Part shown: positions 16,518 through 25,458 of the stretch, piece by piece
Numbering within the stretch: the first letter of the stretch is position 1
Layout of the letters: the number at the start of each line of letters is the position of its first letter
Assembly (NCBI GenBank): GCA_023446865.1
Contig: JAEXPL010000115.1
Location: forward strand, 584 to 64,583
DNA: 64,000 nucleotides
Direction: 5' to 3'
DNA from: Verrucomicrobiota bacterium
GTDB lineage: Bacteria > Verrucomicrobiota > Verrucomicrobiia > Opitutales > Opitutaceae
Translations under genes and position numbers: made by a program
The notes under the pieces: generated by a model
The model's input: only the letters and a program-made list of their open reading frames with translations
What the model was told of the DNA's origin: nothing
Database searches by the model: none

Positions 16518-16850
16518 TCAGTCCACGTACTCGAACTCGATCCGCGTGACGACCTTCGCGGGGACGCACTCGTCATGAGTGCGCCCGAAGAATTCGATGA
16601 ACTGCGCCGGCGTCATCTCAGGGAACCCTTCCCGCACGCAGTCCGCCTGGTCGATCCGGTTGAGCGGCTCCCGCCGTGTGTTCAAGATCCGGATCACACA
16701 GAGCGTGCGCACCTTCTCGCCTTTGCGCAGGCCCTGGCATTTCTCGCAGGCGAGCACGAGCTCGCCGGGCTTGAGGTACTCCCATCCGTCGCGGCGCGTG
16801 ACGGTCTTCGTCCGCTCCCTGACCTGACGGGTGGTCAACTGGAATGACAT
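16518..16850 (-). CDS. ASCH domain protein
   Basis: TKTVTRRDGWEYLKPGELVLACE...VIRILNTRREPLNRI fits the ASCH/PUA-like fold pattern. ATG at 16850, alternative at 16859. Confidence 0.65.
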   Translation of the reverse strand: MSFQLTTRQVRERTKTVTRRDGWEYLKPGELVLACEKCQGLRKGEKVRTLCVIRILNTRREPLNRIDQADCVREGFPEMTPAQFIEFFGRTHDECVPAKVVTRIEFEYVD

Positions 16851-16863
16851 TCGACGCATAAGA

Positions 16864-17415
16864 TCAGTTCGGCCCGACCATGACTCGCGGCCGTTCGGTG
16901 AGGAGGATGTCCCGGGTAAGCGCCGGATGGATGACCCACGGCACCCGGATTGTCCGCAGCTCCACCAACTGCACATGCAACGTCCCGGCGCCAAAGCGGG
17001 CTTGGAGCGGGCTCTGGGTGCAGGTGCAGTTCAGCACGAGGTTGAACGGAACGGTGTCGGCGGTCCGCCAGAACACACCGCTTTCGAGCACGAGCTTCCC
17101 CTCCTCCAGAATCTGCCGGATGTGCTCGAAGCGGAGCAGCCGCCACGCGAGCGCAAGCAGCGCCAGGGCGGCGCCAATGACGAACATCGCGTAGCCTTGG
17201 GCAACCATAGCCGCCGGCATCCAGGCCACGCCGAGCCAGGCGCAGGCCCCTACCGCGGTGACAGCCGCGCCAGCCCAGAACGCCGGACTGCTCACGACGA
17301 GGATGTAGGCGTAGGCCACGTGCGGCCCCACCAGCAAGGGCTCCGCGACGGCCTGCGGCTGTCGGGCCGCCAGTTTTCCCATCCGTTGTTGAAGTTGGCT
17401 CTCGGTCGCTTTCAT
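16864..17415 (-). CDS. Membrane protein with a bacterial PH (bPH_2/YdbT-like) domain
   Basis: Two TM helices, then GKLVLESGVFWRTADTVPFNLVLNCTCTQSPLQARFGAGTLHVQ. The start overlaps the methyltransferase stop (ATGA). Confidence 0.6.
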   Translation of the reverse strand: MKATESQLQQRMGKLAARQPQAVAEPLLVGPHVAYAYILVVSSPAFWAGAAVTAVGACAWLGVAWMPAAMVAQGYAMFVIGAALALLALAWRLLRFEHIRQILEEGKLVLESGVFWRTADTVPFNLVLNCTCTQSPLQARFGAGTLHVQLVELRTIRVPWVIHPALTRDILLTERPRVMVGPN

Positions 17416-18641
17416 ACGGCAAGAAGATCCCGCTCCGGCGATCCCGCCAGGTACCCGACGGCCGGCAACCGGCACATGGCCCCGCGAAGATTGTCGAGGT
17501 AGCGTTCGCTGATGAGGAAACGGCGGTCCAATCGCAGCGCGGCGGCGGCCGTCTTCGCCGAGCCCCCGAACGGGTCCCAGACCAGGTCGCCAGGCTCCGT
17601 CGTGAACTGGATGAAGAATTCGGCCAGCTTCTGCGGCATCATCGCCGGATGCTGTTCCACGCCGACCTGCGCGCAGTACCGTCGGTAGGCGAGATCCCGG
17701 TCGGGCGGCATGACGTGAAGATTGCCGGGAATGCAGCCTCCGTTGTCGCGCCGATGTCGGATGCCCGGCGTCTGGATCTGGCTCGGGCTCGCACTGCGGA
17801 CAATCTCCCCGCCGCTCCCGATCAATCGGCGGTGCCGCGACGTGTACGGGTTGAGCACGCGTAGATTGCAGCACTTCGTGCGGCCGTTGGGGGAGAGGAG
17901 GTAGACCGGTTCGATCCCGTTGACGCAGTGCGTCCGCTTCTTGGTGACGTAGTCGCTGCTGCGCGGCTTGGTCGGGTTGAACCAGTAGTGCTCGTCGATC
18001 AGGTTCCACCCGAGGTTGTCCACCAGCGCCGTGAGCAACCGATGCTGGTAGGCATTGCGCACGCCGGCGCCAGGCATGAACGTCGGCCCGAGGTTCAGCA
18101 CGAAACAACCGTCCGGCGCCAGCTTCGGCCGGAAGAGCTCGATGTGATCGAGGAGGGTGGTCAGGTAGTGCTCGGGGCGCCAGTCGGAGATGTCCTCGTC
18201 GTACACCCGCGGCTTGACGAGCGGGTAGGGTGGCGAGGTCAGCACGCACGTCACGGCGCCATCCTCGACGTACTGCACGGCGGACTTCGCCTCCGCCCAG
18301 AGCAGCGCGCCATCGGGGCTCTGATAGACGGTCACCACGACCGACGGCTTCGCCATCCGGTCGGTCTTCGCGCCGGTCTGGGTCAACGACCAGACGCCCC
18401 AGCCGGCCGGGGCCACCAGATCGGCCAGGACCGCGTTCTGCCGCGTCCAGCGCACCTTGCGGTCGAACACCTTCACCTCCTCCTCTCGTGGACCGACCCG
18501 CACCGTCGCCGCGCGGGCCTCCGCGGGCAACCCGATCCGCTCGGCGACCGCGTCGCAAGCGTCCCGCGCGCGCATGGGACCGTTCTCGGCGAGAACGTCG
18601 AGCAGGGGGAGGAGAAGCTCGGTCTGGGTCGGGAGGTTCAT
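17412..18641 (-). CDS. Beta-class N4-cytosine/N6-adenine DNA methyltransferase with an N-terminal winged-helix (Mrr_N-like) domain
   Basis: Motif IV TSPPY lies upstream of motif I DPFGGSAKTAAAA. The N-terminus reads LLLPLLDVLAENGPMRARDACDAVAERIGL. Confidence 0.85.
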   Translation of the reverse strand: MNLPTQTELLLPLLDVLAENGPMRARDACDAVAERIGLPAEARAATVRVGPREEEVKVFDRKVRWTRQNAVLADLVAPAGWGVWSLTQTGAKTDRMAKPSVVVTVYQSPDGALLWAEAKSAVQYVEDGAVTCVLTSPPYPLVKPRVYDEDISDWRPEHYLTTLLDHIELFRPKLAPDGCFVLNLGPTFMPGAGVRNAYQHRLLTALVDNLGWNLIDEHYWFNPTKPRSSDYVTKKRTHCVNGIEPVYLLSPNGRTKCCNLRVLNPYTSRHRRLIGSGGEIVRSASPSQIQTPGIRHRRDNGGCIPGNLHVMPPDRDLAYRRYCAQVGVEQHPAMMPQKLAEFFIQFTTEPGDLVWDPFGGSAKTAAAALRLDRRFLISERYLDNLRGAMCRLPAVGYLAGSPERDLLAV

Positions 18642-19453
18642 GTTTCCTCGGCCGCCACACCGACCGACGGCCGCAGCGATCTCAGCTCGTCCATCACATA
18701 CGGCGGCAGTGATGTACGGATACCGTGGTAGCGCAGCGCCTCCTCCGGAGTCCGTCCCTTCATAATCTCCTGCACGACCCTGATCACATGGTGGAAGCGG
18801 TGGGCGATTGTCCGCTCCGCCTGTTCAAGGCGGACCCGCTTCTGAAGCTCCCGAAGCCGCTCGTAGCGGGTCGCATGATCTCGCGCCACCGCCAGCGCCA
18901 GAATCACGTCCCGTTGGCGCTCAGGCGTGGTCGGATGGACCGCCGGCGGCACCACCCGCCGAATGGTTGTTCCCTCCTGGCTGAAGAGGATCACCCCCCA
19001 ACCCGCGGGCCACTTTGCCTCGGGAACCAGGTGCTCCGGCATCGCAATGTAGCAGAGATTCGTCGGCCAGGTCTGCGGCGCCCACTTTCGCTTCCGGTCA
19101 CGACTGTAGTCGGACAGGCTCACCTTGACTTCCACGGCCACGGTCAGGATTGGTGGGACCGCGTCCTTGGCGGCATTCCACACCTGCATCGCATCGCCGA
19201 ATACCTTCTGCTGTGCCTCGCGCTCAGCCTCCGGGACGCCGAACCAGCGGGGGGACCGCGGCGGGCGGGGGAGTAGCTTGAGCTCGATCATTTCCGTTTG
19301 GGTGGGCGTGCCCACCCCCGCGGCGTCCGCCACCCATCCCGGCGCGACAGGAACCTCGGCCTCCACCGGCTTGAAACCCTTGCCGTCGAGCCACAACACC
19401 ACGTTGCGCGTGATGTTCTGGGTGAGTTCGGTCTTGTTCCGGTCGTAGGTCAT
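18638..19453 (-). CDS. PD-(D/E)xK-like (MmcB-like) nuclease-fold protein, candidate restriction or repair partner of the methyltransferase
   Basis: WVADAAG...LTVAVEVKVSLSDYSRD gives a D...ExK arrangement. Its stop overlaps the methyltransferase start. Confidence 0.5.
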   Translation of the reverse strand: MTYDRNKTELTQNITRNVVLWLDGKGFKPVEAEVPVAPGWVADAAGVGTPTQTEMIELKLLPRPPRSPRWFGVPEAEREAQQKVFGDAMQVWNAAKDAVPPILTVAVEVKVSLSDYSRDRKRKWAPQTWPTNLCYIAMPEHLVPEAKWPAGWGVILFSQEGTTIRRVVPPAVHPTTPERQRDVILALAVARDHATRYERLRELQKRVRLEQAERTIAHRFHHVIRVVQEIMKGRTPEEALRYHGIRTSLPPYVMDELRSLRPSVGVAAEET

Positions 19454-19456
19454 GGG

Positions 19457-20059
19457 TCAGGCGGCCCGCGGTTGGAGGATCTCAGGCCAGACTCCGCCCT
19501 CATGCCGGCGGGCTTGGCACCAATCCCAGATCAGGGCGTCGAGCTCCCGCGGTTTCAGCTTTCGCGCGTCCGCCTCCGCCAGGAAGCGGCGTTCGAGGGA
19601 CGCGTATTCAGCGGAGGCGCTCGGGGTCCCCAGCGGGGCCGCGACGCCGATGAACCGCAGCCATTTGAGCACATGGGTGTCGAGCGCAGCGAATCGTGCA
19701 TCGGGCCGCGTCCAGAGGATGAAGAATCGCGCCGTCTTCGGACCGATGCCGTGGATCTTCTCCAGTTCGTCTGGGGTGCAGGTTGTGAGGTCGAGCTTGG
19801 CTGTGGCGGCTTCCTGCCACCCGCGGGTGAGGCGACCATAGTTCCCGATCCGGATCTCCCGGAGCACCTTCTCCAGCGAACCGGCGGCGCCCAGACGCCG
19901 GACCGCGGCGAAGGGAGCCTCATTCTCCTGCATCCAGCCGAAGAGGCGGTCCATCGCATTGCGGATCATCTCCGCGCTCTTGCCCGCGACGGCGATGGAG
20001 TAGAGAAGCCGGTATTCGAGCTCTGCGACTTGGTAATTCACCAGTGCGACCCTTGGCAT
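19457..20059 (-). CDS. HhH-GPD superfamily DNA glycosylase (EndoIII-like, no Fe-S cysteine cluster)
   Basis: HhH IHGIGPKTARF followed by the catalytic-Asp block ALDTHVLKWL. Confidence 0.8.
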   Translation of the reverse strand: MPRVALVNYQVAELEYRLLYSIAVAGKSAEMIRNAMDRLFGWMQENEAPFAAVRRLGAAGSLEKVLREIRIGNYGRLTRGWQEAATAKLDLTTCTPDELEKIHGIGPKTARFFILWTRPDARFAALDTHVLKWLRFIGVAAPLGTPSASAEYASLERRFLAEADARKLKPRELDALIWDWCQARRHEGGVWPEILQPRAA

Positions 20060-21120
20060 GTGGGGTTGAATAATTCGTGCGTATGGAACTCGTCGCCCAG
20101 CAACACCCAGGCCGAGTCGAGCCTTGCAATGTAGTCCAAGCTACCCGGCCCATACGGCGTCCGGTAGCACAACCCGCCTATCTCCAGCCCCTGCGGGGCG
20201 AAGTGATTCTCGGCAGCGCTTCCAGGATAAACCACAAGCCCATGCGCCTCGTCCTTATCCAGCCTGTCGGCCGTAATCCGAGCCTGCACCCCTTGGGCAA
20301 GCAATTGCTCTTGGAGCCCGACCAACCGTTCCACCATGTTCTCCCCATCGGGCAACTTCCGGAATGTGCGTCCTGCGATTCTGTAACTGGCCCGACGCAC
20401 CATACCGCCAGTGATGTTGCGGAATTCATAAAGGGACCGCTCCCCGCATCTCAACGACTCCAGTGCCTGCACAAGCCCGGTGGCATCATCGGTAGCACCG
20501 TACACCATGTCGCATTCCTGACGGGAATGGATACAGACATTCCAGTAGCACTCCCGAGCGCGGGTAAGACGCGGCCATAGTTCCAATGTCCACGCGCCTG
20601 CGCCAGTACCAGGGATGAAGTAATCCAACCACGTCCAGCCCGCTTTCTTGCTGACCTCGGTGTGTAAACGCAACATCTCGCCCTCATGGTCAATTGAACC
20701 ATGTACCACAGCCCGGGCGCGCCCCACCCAGACCTCCCGCCCCTCCTCGCAGGCCCTGAGCAGGGCATGAAGTTGCTCCTGCTCCCCAGCGAGCACAACG
20801 TACAGGTAATCATTGGTCATAACCACCGATGTGCCGAGATCCAGCCCGCCCAGCGCATAATGACTGACTTCCACCGAGCAGAATGCCTGTAGGCGCACCG
20901 CCACCATCTGGCCGTTGCCTCCGAAACGCTGCACGGAGCTGGTGTACCGGCTGCCTAAATTGGCGCAGATGGCTTCCTTCATCGGGACCCACGGCGGCAG
21001 CGGCTCCTGAATGTTGATCGGCTCCGCGTAGCAGTGCTGTCCGCCATGGGTAGACCACGCGGCGACGGCGTCCCAGATGACTAGGCTGCGTGCATTGACG
21101 TAATTGGTTCCTGTGTTCAC
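20038..21120 (-). CDS. Hypothetical protein (360 aa)
   Basis: Long ORF that overlaps the glycosylase start by 22 nt. No recognisable motif. Confidence 0.5.
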   Translation of the reverse strand: MNTGTNYVNARSLVIWDAVAAWSTHGGQHCYAEPINIQEPLPPWVPMKEAICANLGSRYTSSVQRFGGNGQMVAVRLQAFCSVEVSHYALGGLDLGTSVVMTNDYLYVVLAGEQEQLHALLRACEEGREVWVGRARAVVHGSIDHEGEMLRLHTEVSKKAGWTWLDYFIPGTGAGAWTLELWPRLTRARECYWNVCIHSRQECDMVYGATDDATGLVQALESLRCGERSLYEFRNITGGMVRRASYRIAGRTFRKLPDGENMVERLVGLQEQLLAQGVQARITADRLDKDEAHGLVVYPGSAAENHFAPQGLEIGGLCYRTPYGPGSLDYIARLDSAWVLLGDEFHTHELFNPTCQGSHW

Positions 21121-21135
21121 GAGAATCCCTACCTT

Positions 21136-21498
21136 TCAGATATTGGGTTTGTGGCCAGGTTGCTCCGCCTCCTCCGCCTCCTGCTCCGCCATCATGGCGT
21201 GCAGCCGGTTGAGCGCGGCGCGGATCTCCGCCGCCGCGTACATGGAGTCGGCCACCGAAGAAGCGGTGGAGTATCGCGCCCAGCTCCGGAGTTCGGTGGC
21301 GGTGGCTGGATGCGCCCGCACGTCCTCACGTCTGTAGGTACTGCGCGCGTGGGGAGGCCCGTAACTTTCCCCTTCAATTTTCTTCCAGAAGAGCTCCTCA
21401 ACGGCCTGCTGCGTCTGCCCATGAAGAAGCGCCAATCCTGCCGGAGTGGCGACAACGTAGAATCCGCCCTGCGAGACGATGTGCTCGATGCTGCTCAT
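21136..21498 (-). CDS. Hypothetical protein, paralogous to the N-terminus of 29373..30437
   Basis: FYVVATPAGL...FWKKIEGESYGPP...YRREDV...ATATELRSWARY aligns with YYLIGTPDGD...MWQQVEGQMWGPG...YRRSDI...ATAENVRGWARF. Confidence 0.5.
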   Translation of the reverse strand: MSSIEHIVSQGGFYVVATPAGLALLHGQTQQAVEELFWKKIEGESYGPPHARSTYRREDVRAHPATATELRSWARYSTASSVADSMYAAAEIRAALNRLHAMMAEQEAEEAEQPGHKPNI

Positions 21499-21516
21499 GC
21501 GGCGTGGTCGTCCTCC

Positions 21517-23928
21517 TCACCGGCCGGGGAACTCGAATTCGAGCCCGGCGTAGGGCTTTTTGCGCGCGTTGTAGCGCACAATCGGATCGCTGCGGAACGG
21601 TGTGCCGTCGCCCTTCTTGAAGCCGGACATCTTCACCCCCTCCTCCTTGGATGCGAGGACCTCCGCGAGCTCCTCGGCTGTGATCTCGCGGCCGGCGAGC
21701 CGTTTGAAGAATCGAACCGGGTAGCCATTGCTCTCGTACCCGGGCACCGTGTACCACATGCCGTGGTCCTGGATCAGGCCGCCACCCTTGCGGGGGCTGA
21801 CCGCCGTGGTTGGAACCGACGTCGCCGGCTCGGCGCCGACCTCGACGCCAGGATAGGGCTTCTTGTGCGGATTGTAGCGAAGCTTCTTCGGGCCGGCGGC
21901 GGCGCCGTCGCGGCGGCGACAGTCGGTCACCTCGATCTCCGCGCGGCCCTCAACCAGGCTGATGACCTCGTCGGCCGTCAGCTTGTGGCCCCAGATGTCC
22001 TTGTAGATGCGGGCGGGCAGGGCGCCCTCCGCCGTGAAGAAGTCGCCATGGTCGAGCAGCTCCGAATTGCCAAGGCGCAAGCCCGTGGGCTTGCCCGCCA
22101 CCGCGCCGGCCCGGACGGCGTCGGGCTTCTTGCCGAGCACCGCAAGGTATTCGCGGATCCGCCCGCCGATCTCGGCGACGAACTGGTCCGGGGATTTCCG
22201 ACCTTCGGCCACATCCTCCAGCCCTTCCTCCCAGACCGCGGTCTCCGCGGGATCCACCACCGCCGGCAGCTCCTGCTGCGCCGTGGCGACGAGTGTGCGC
22301 CCCTTCTCGGTGCTGAAGAGCTGCTTGCCCTTCGTGGCGACGTACTCGCGGTCCTTGATCGTCTTGATGATGTTGGCGCGCGTCGCCTCGGTTCCGATAC
22401 CCGAGGTCTCCTTGAGACGCGCCTTGAGCGCAGGGTTCGCCACGAACTTGGCGATGGACATCATGTCCTCGATCAAGGTGCCCTCCGTGTAGCGGGCCGG
22501 CGGCTTGGTCTTCTTGCCCTCGATCTGCGTGCCGGCGACATTGCCGGGCGCGCCATTGGGGATGTCGGGCAACGTCACCGCGCCATCCGATTCATCCCCC
22601 TCCAAGGCGTCGGCGCCGAAGGCAACCTTCCAGCCGGGCTTCACCGGTGTGTTGCCGGTGATCGCGAACTCGTAGACGGCGCCGGCCACCGTGACGTCGG
22701 ACGCGATCCGGGTGGCGCGGTACTCGTAGTCGGCCAGGAGGGAGGCGAGATAGTGGGTCGCGATCAGGAAGTACGCCTTCCGCTCATCTTCCGACATGGC
22801 CGCGAGCGGCGGGGCGATCTTCGTCGGGATGATGGCATGGTGAGCAGTAATCTTCGCCGTATTGAAGACCGTCTTGCGCGGATTGAACTGCTGCCCGACA
22901 AGGTGCCGGAATGCGTCCAACCCAAGCAGGTGGCCGGTGATGATCCCGACATCCGGGATCTGCTCCTCGGGGAGAAATTCGCAATCGGTGCGGGGGTAGG
23001 TTGTGGCCTTGTGCGTCTCGTACAGCGACTGCGCGACGTTCAACGTCTTGTCCGCCGCCCAACCCCAGAGCGCGTTCGCCCGCTTCTGCAATCCGGACAG
23101 GGCGAAGAGCTTCGGCGGCCCCTGGCGCTTGTCCTCGGTATCGCGCGTCAGCGTCACTCGCTGGCCCTGGGCCGCCTGCGCGATGGCCTCTGCCTTCTCG
23201 CGGTCCCACAGACGCTTCTCCTCCTCCTTGGGACCGTAGTAGAGGGTGACGGCCTTGCCGGAGTCCGTGCGGATGTCGGCCGCGATCTCGAAATAGTCGC
23301 GTGGCCGGAAGTTCTCGATGGCCAGGTCACGCGCCACGATCAGCGCGACGGTCGGCGACTGCACCCGGCCGACCGAGAAGACGCCGGCGCCGCCGATCTT
23401 GCGGGTCATGCCGCGAGTCATGTTCATGCCGACGAGCCAGTCCGCCTTGCTGCGGGCGAGCGCCGCGAAGTACAGACGCTCGGTCTCATGGCCCGGCTTG
23501 AGCCGGCTCAGGGCCTTGCGGACGCTCTCCTCATCCAATGCCGACAACCAGAGACGCGACACCGGTCCCTTGTAGCGATGGTGCACCAGCACCTCGCGCC
23601 CGATCATCTCGCCCTCGCGGTCGGCGTCGGTCGCGATCACCACCTCGGAACACTTCGCGAGCAACTCGCCGATGTTGCGGAGCTGCGCGGAGCAATCGCG
23701 CTTGGGTTCGTACCGGAAGGCCGCCGGATGGATCGGCAGGTCGGCGAAATTCCACTGCTTGTACTTCGGGTCGTAGGTCTCCGGCTCGGCCAGCTCCAGC
23801 ATGTGGCCGAAGCAGTTGGTGACGATGCCGCCATTGGTCTCCCAGCCGAAGCCGGTCTTGCGGGCTCCGCCGAGCGCCTTGGCGATGTCGGCGGCCTGAG
23901 TGGGTTTCTCGCAGATGAACAATTTCAT
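21517..23928 (-). CDS. topB: DNA topoisomerase III with C-terminal repeat domains
   Basis: Toprim N-terminus MKLFICEKPTQA, type IA core (SVGRVQSPT, YPRTDC), and two C-terminal repeats (LRYNPHKKPYPGVEV and VRYNARKKPYAGLEFEF). Confidence 0.95.
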   Translation of the reverse strand: MKLFICEKPTQAADIAKALGGARKTGFGWETNGGIVTNCFGHMLELAEPETYDPKYKQWNFADLPIHPAAFRYEPKRDCSAQLRNIGELLAKCSEVVIATDADREGEMIGREVLVHHRYKGPVSRLWLSALDEESVRKALSRLKPGHETERLYFAALARSKADWLVGMNMTRGMTRKIGGAGVFSVGRVQSPTVALIVARDLAIENFRPRDYFEIAADIRTDSGKAVTLYYGPKEEEKRLWDREKAEAIAQAAQGQRVTLTRDTEDKRQGPPKLFALSGLQKRANALWGWAADKTLNVAQSLYETHKATTYPRTDCEFLPEEQIPDVGIITGHLLGLDAFRHLVGQQFNPRKTVFNTAKITAHHAIIPTKIAPPLAAMSEDERKAYFLIATHYLASLLADYEYRATRIASDVTVAGAVYEFAITGNTPVKPGWKVAFGADALEGDESDGAVTLPDIPNGAPGNVAGTQIEGKKTKPPARYTEGTLIEDMMSIAKFVANPALKARLKETSGIGTEATRANIIKTIKDREYVATKGKQLFSTEKGRTLVATAQQELPAVVDPAETAVWEEGLEDVAEGRKSPDQFVAEIGGRIREYLAVLGKKPDAVRAGAVAGKPTGLRLGNSELLDHGDFFTAEGALPARIYKDIWGHKLTADEVISLVEGRAEIEVTDCRRRDGAAAGPKKLRYNPHKKPYPGVEVGAEPATSVPTTAVSPRKGGGLIQDHGMWYTVPGYESNGYPVRFFKRLAGREITAEELAEVLASKEEGVKMSGFKKGDGTPFRSDPIVRYNARKKPYAGLEFEFPGR

Positions 23929-23963
23929 TGGGTGTAATGTGTTTGATTTGTCTACCTCATTAT

Positions 23964-23996
23964 CGAAAAAGAAACCCGCGCCGGATGGGCGCGGGT
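23964..23996 (-). terminator. Rho-independent terminator for the 24013..24663 gene
   Basis: On the minus strand, ACCCGCGCC-CATCC-GGCGCGGGT followed by TTCTTTTTCG. Confidence 0.55.
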
Positions 23997-24012
23997 GTTC
24001 CGCTATCTCGTA

Positions 24013-24663
24013 TTACTGACTCGGAGACGCAGGGGTGCTCGGGGCCTGGCCGGCATCGGGGGCGGCCGGGGCCGGCACCGTGGTGTCGGTCGGCGCATCT
24101 GTCTCATGAATCCCCATGTCATGCACCCCTTCGGTGTGGGGGATCCAGACCTGCCACTCGTCATTTTCCAGCGGCGCAAGCGGCGCATACTCCGGGGTGT
24201 ACGCCTTGTCGGGATAGTAGTGGCGCAGCGCCGCGACCACTCGCTTGGCCGCGGTCTCGCCGGTGACGCGGACATGCCCGTCGGCGTCCAACCTCTCGGC
24301 CAGCGACTTCCAGAGACCGTAGTTGTACCCAGGTTTCACATAGCGTCGGGCGATGTGTCGCAGCGGGTTGGCTCGCTCGCCAAGCTTGCGGGCCTGGACG
24401 AACCACTCGGCGACATCGACCTTGCGCGTCCACATGCCCTCCGACTTCCCCGCGCGCTTGAGGCGCTCGAAAGCCTTGTAGAGACTCATGAGGTTCTTCT
24501 TCGAGGCGAGCCGGACACGCCACCCCTCAAGGATCATCTTGAGGGCGATGTACTTGAAATTCGGCCGGCTCTCGGGGCCATCCATGCCAAGATCGAGCAG
24601 CCGGATCTGCTCCGGTTCAACTGCCGGGGCCATCAAAGTATCTGCGGTGGGAGCGGGTATCAT
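24013..24663 (-). CDS. Hypothetical protein with a Pro/Thr/Ala-rich C-terminus
   Basis: ATG 24663 is preferred over the ORF-track start at 24840 because promoter-like boxes occupy 24695-24861. Confidence 0.45.
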   Translation of the reverse strand: MIPAPTADTLMAPAVEPEQIRLLDLGMDGPESRPNFKYIALKMILEGWRVRLASKKNLMSLYKAFERLKRAGKSEGMWTRKVDVAEWFVQARKLGERANPLRHIARRYVKPGYNYGLWKSLAERLDADGHVRVTGETAAKRVVAALRHYYPDKAYTPEYAPLAPLENDEWQVWIPHTEGVHDMGIHETDAPTDTTVPAPAAPDAGQAPSTPASPSQ

Positions 24664-24879
24664 TTGCTTGCGGGGCGAGTGTCCGGATAACCGGTTGACT
24701 TGTCGAGCACTTTTCAACCCGCGCCCGGTGCCAATGTGTTTGACTTTTCTGCTCCTGTGGCGCTTTTTGCCGGGCATGATATAGAGCTCGTTACGCGAAG
24801 GGTCACGTAACGCAATGCCATGTCGCTCACAATCTTTCAAGCTTAATACCTCATTAGGTTAACTTCCCAATAACTTCTT

Positions 24880-25416
24880 ATGGTCGCCACAAAAATATCC
24901 TCGAAGAAGCTCACCCCTGAACAACTCCGGCAACGGCTCTCGCAGGTTCTGGCGAACCAACGGGCGTTCCAGAAGGAACGCTTGGAGCGCGAGCAAGCGC
25001 TCACCGGCAAACTCGACGTCCTCCAGAAATCCCTGACGGCGCGGGCGGCTACATCGACCCAGCGCATCGGCCGGCTCCGGGAACTCAACAAGGCATCGAA
25101 ACTGCGCACTCAGCAGCTCGCGAAGGATGTGGAGCTCGCCACGCCAGTCTCGGCCATCGCCAACGAATTGGCCGCACTCCGCGAGCTCAGCGAACGCGCC
25201 CGCAGCGACCCGAGCCTGGCCGGCGTGCTCACCTCGCGCAGCCAGGCCGCCATCGGCACCATCGCCGTCGCCGCCGCACAGGTCCCCGGCGGTGCCAAGG
25301 CGGTGCAGCGGCCGGCGGTGCGAGCCGCTGCGGCGAAGGCCCAAGGACAGGCCCAGCACATCGAGGATGAAGGAGAAGAGGAGCAGGACATCCATTCCGG
25401 CCAGAGTCAGAGTTAA
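24880..25416 (+). CDS. Alanine-rich coiled-coil protein (KfrA-like architecture, tentative)
   Basis: Basic N-terminus followed by a long helical Ala/Gln/Arg-rich region. Sits immediately upstream of the rep gene. Confidence 0.45.
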   Translation: MVATKISSKKLTPEQLRQRLSQVLANQRAFQKERLEREQALTGKLDVLQKSLTARAATSTQRIGRLRELNKASKLRTQQLAKDVELATPVSAIANELAALRELSERARSDPSLAGVLTSRSQAAIGTIAVAAAQVPGGAKAVQRPAVRAAAAKAQGQAQHIEDEGEEEQDIHSGQSQS

Positions 25417-25458
25417 AATCTATTTGACTTTGTCTATTAGATTTTAGACTCTGCCGCC

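Noticed and set aside
16864-18660. 598-aa minus-strand ORF spanning the methyltransferase region
   Set aside because: Only its last 183 codons (16864..17415, the bPH membrane protein) look real. Upstream of that it runs out of frame across the well-supported methyltransferase gene (17412..18641) and translates to Arg/Pro-rich sequence.
21151-23937. 928-aa plus-strand ORF, the longest in the window
   Set aside because: It lies exactly antisense to the unambiguous topoisomerase III gene (21517..23928). Its translation is Arg/Gly/Leu-rich low-complexity sequence, typical of the shadow frame of a high-GC gene.
24664-24840. N-terminal 59 codons of ORF 24013..24840
   Set aside because: This stretch holds several promoter/operator-like boxes (24695-24706, 24733-24749) and is highly basic, low-complexity sequence. 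The internal ATG at 24663 is preferred, but the longer form is not excluded.
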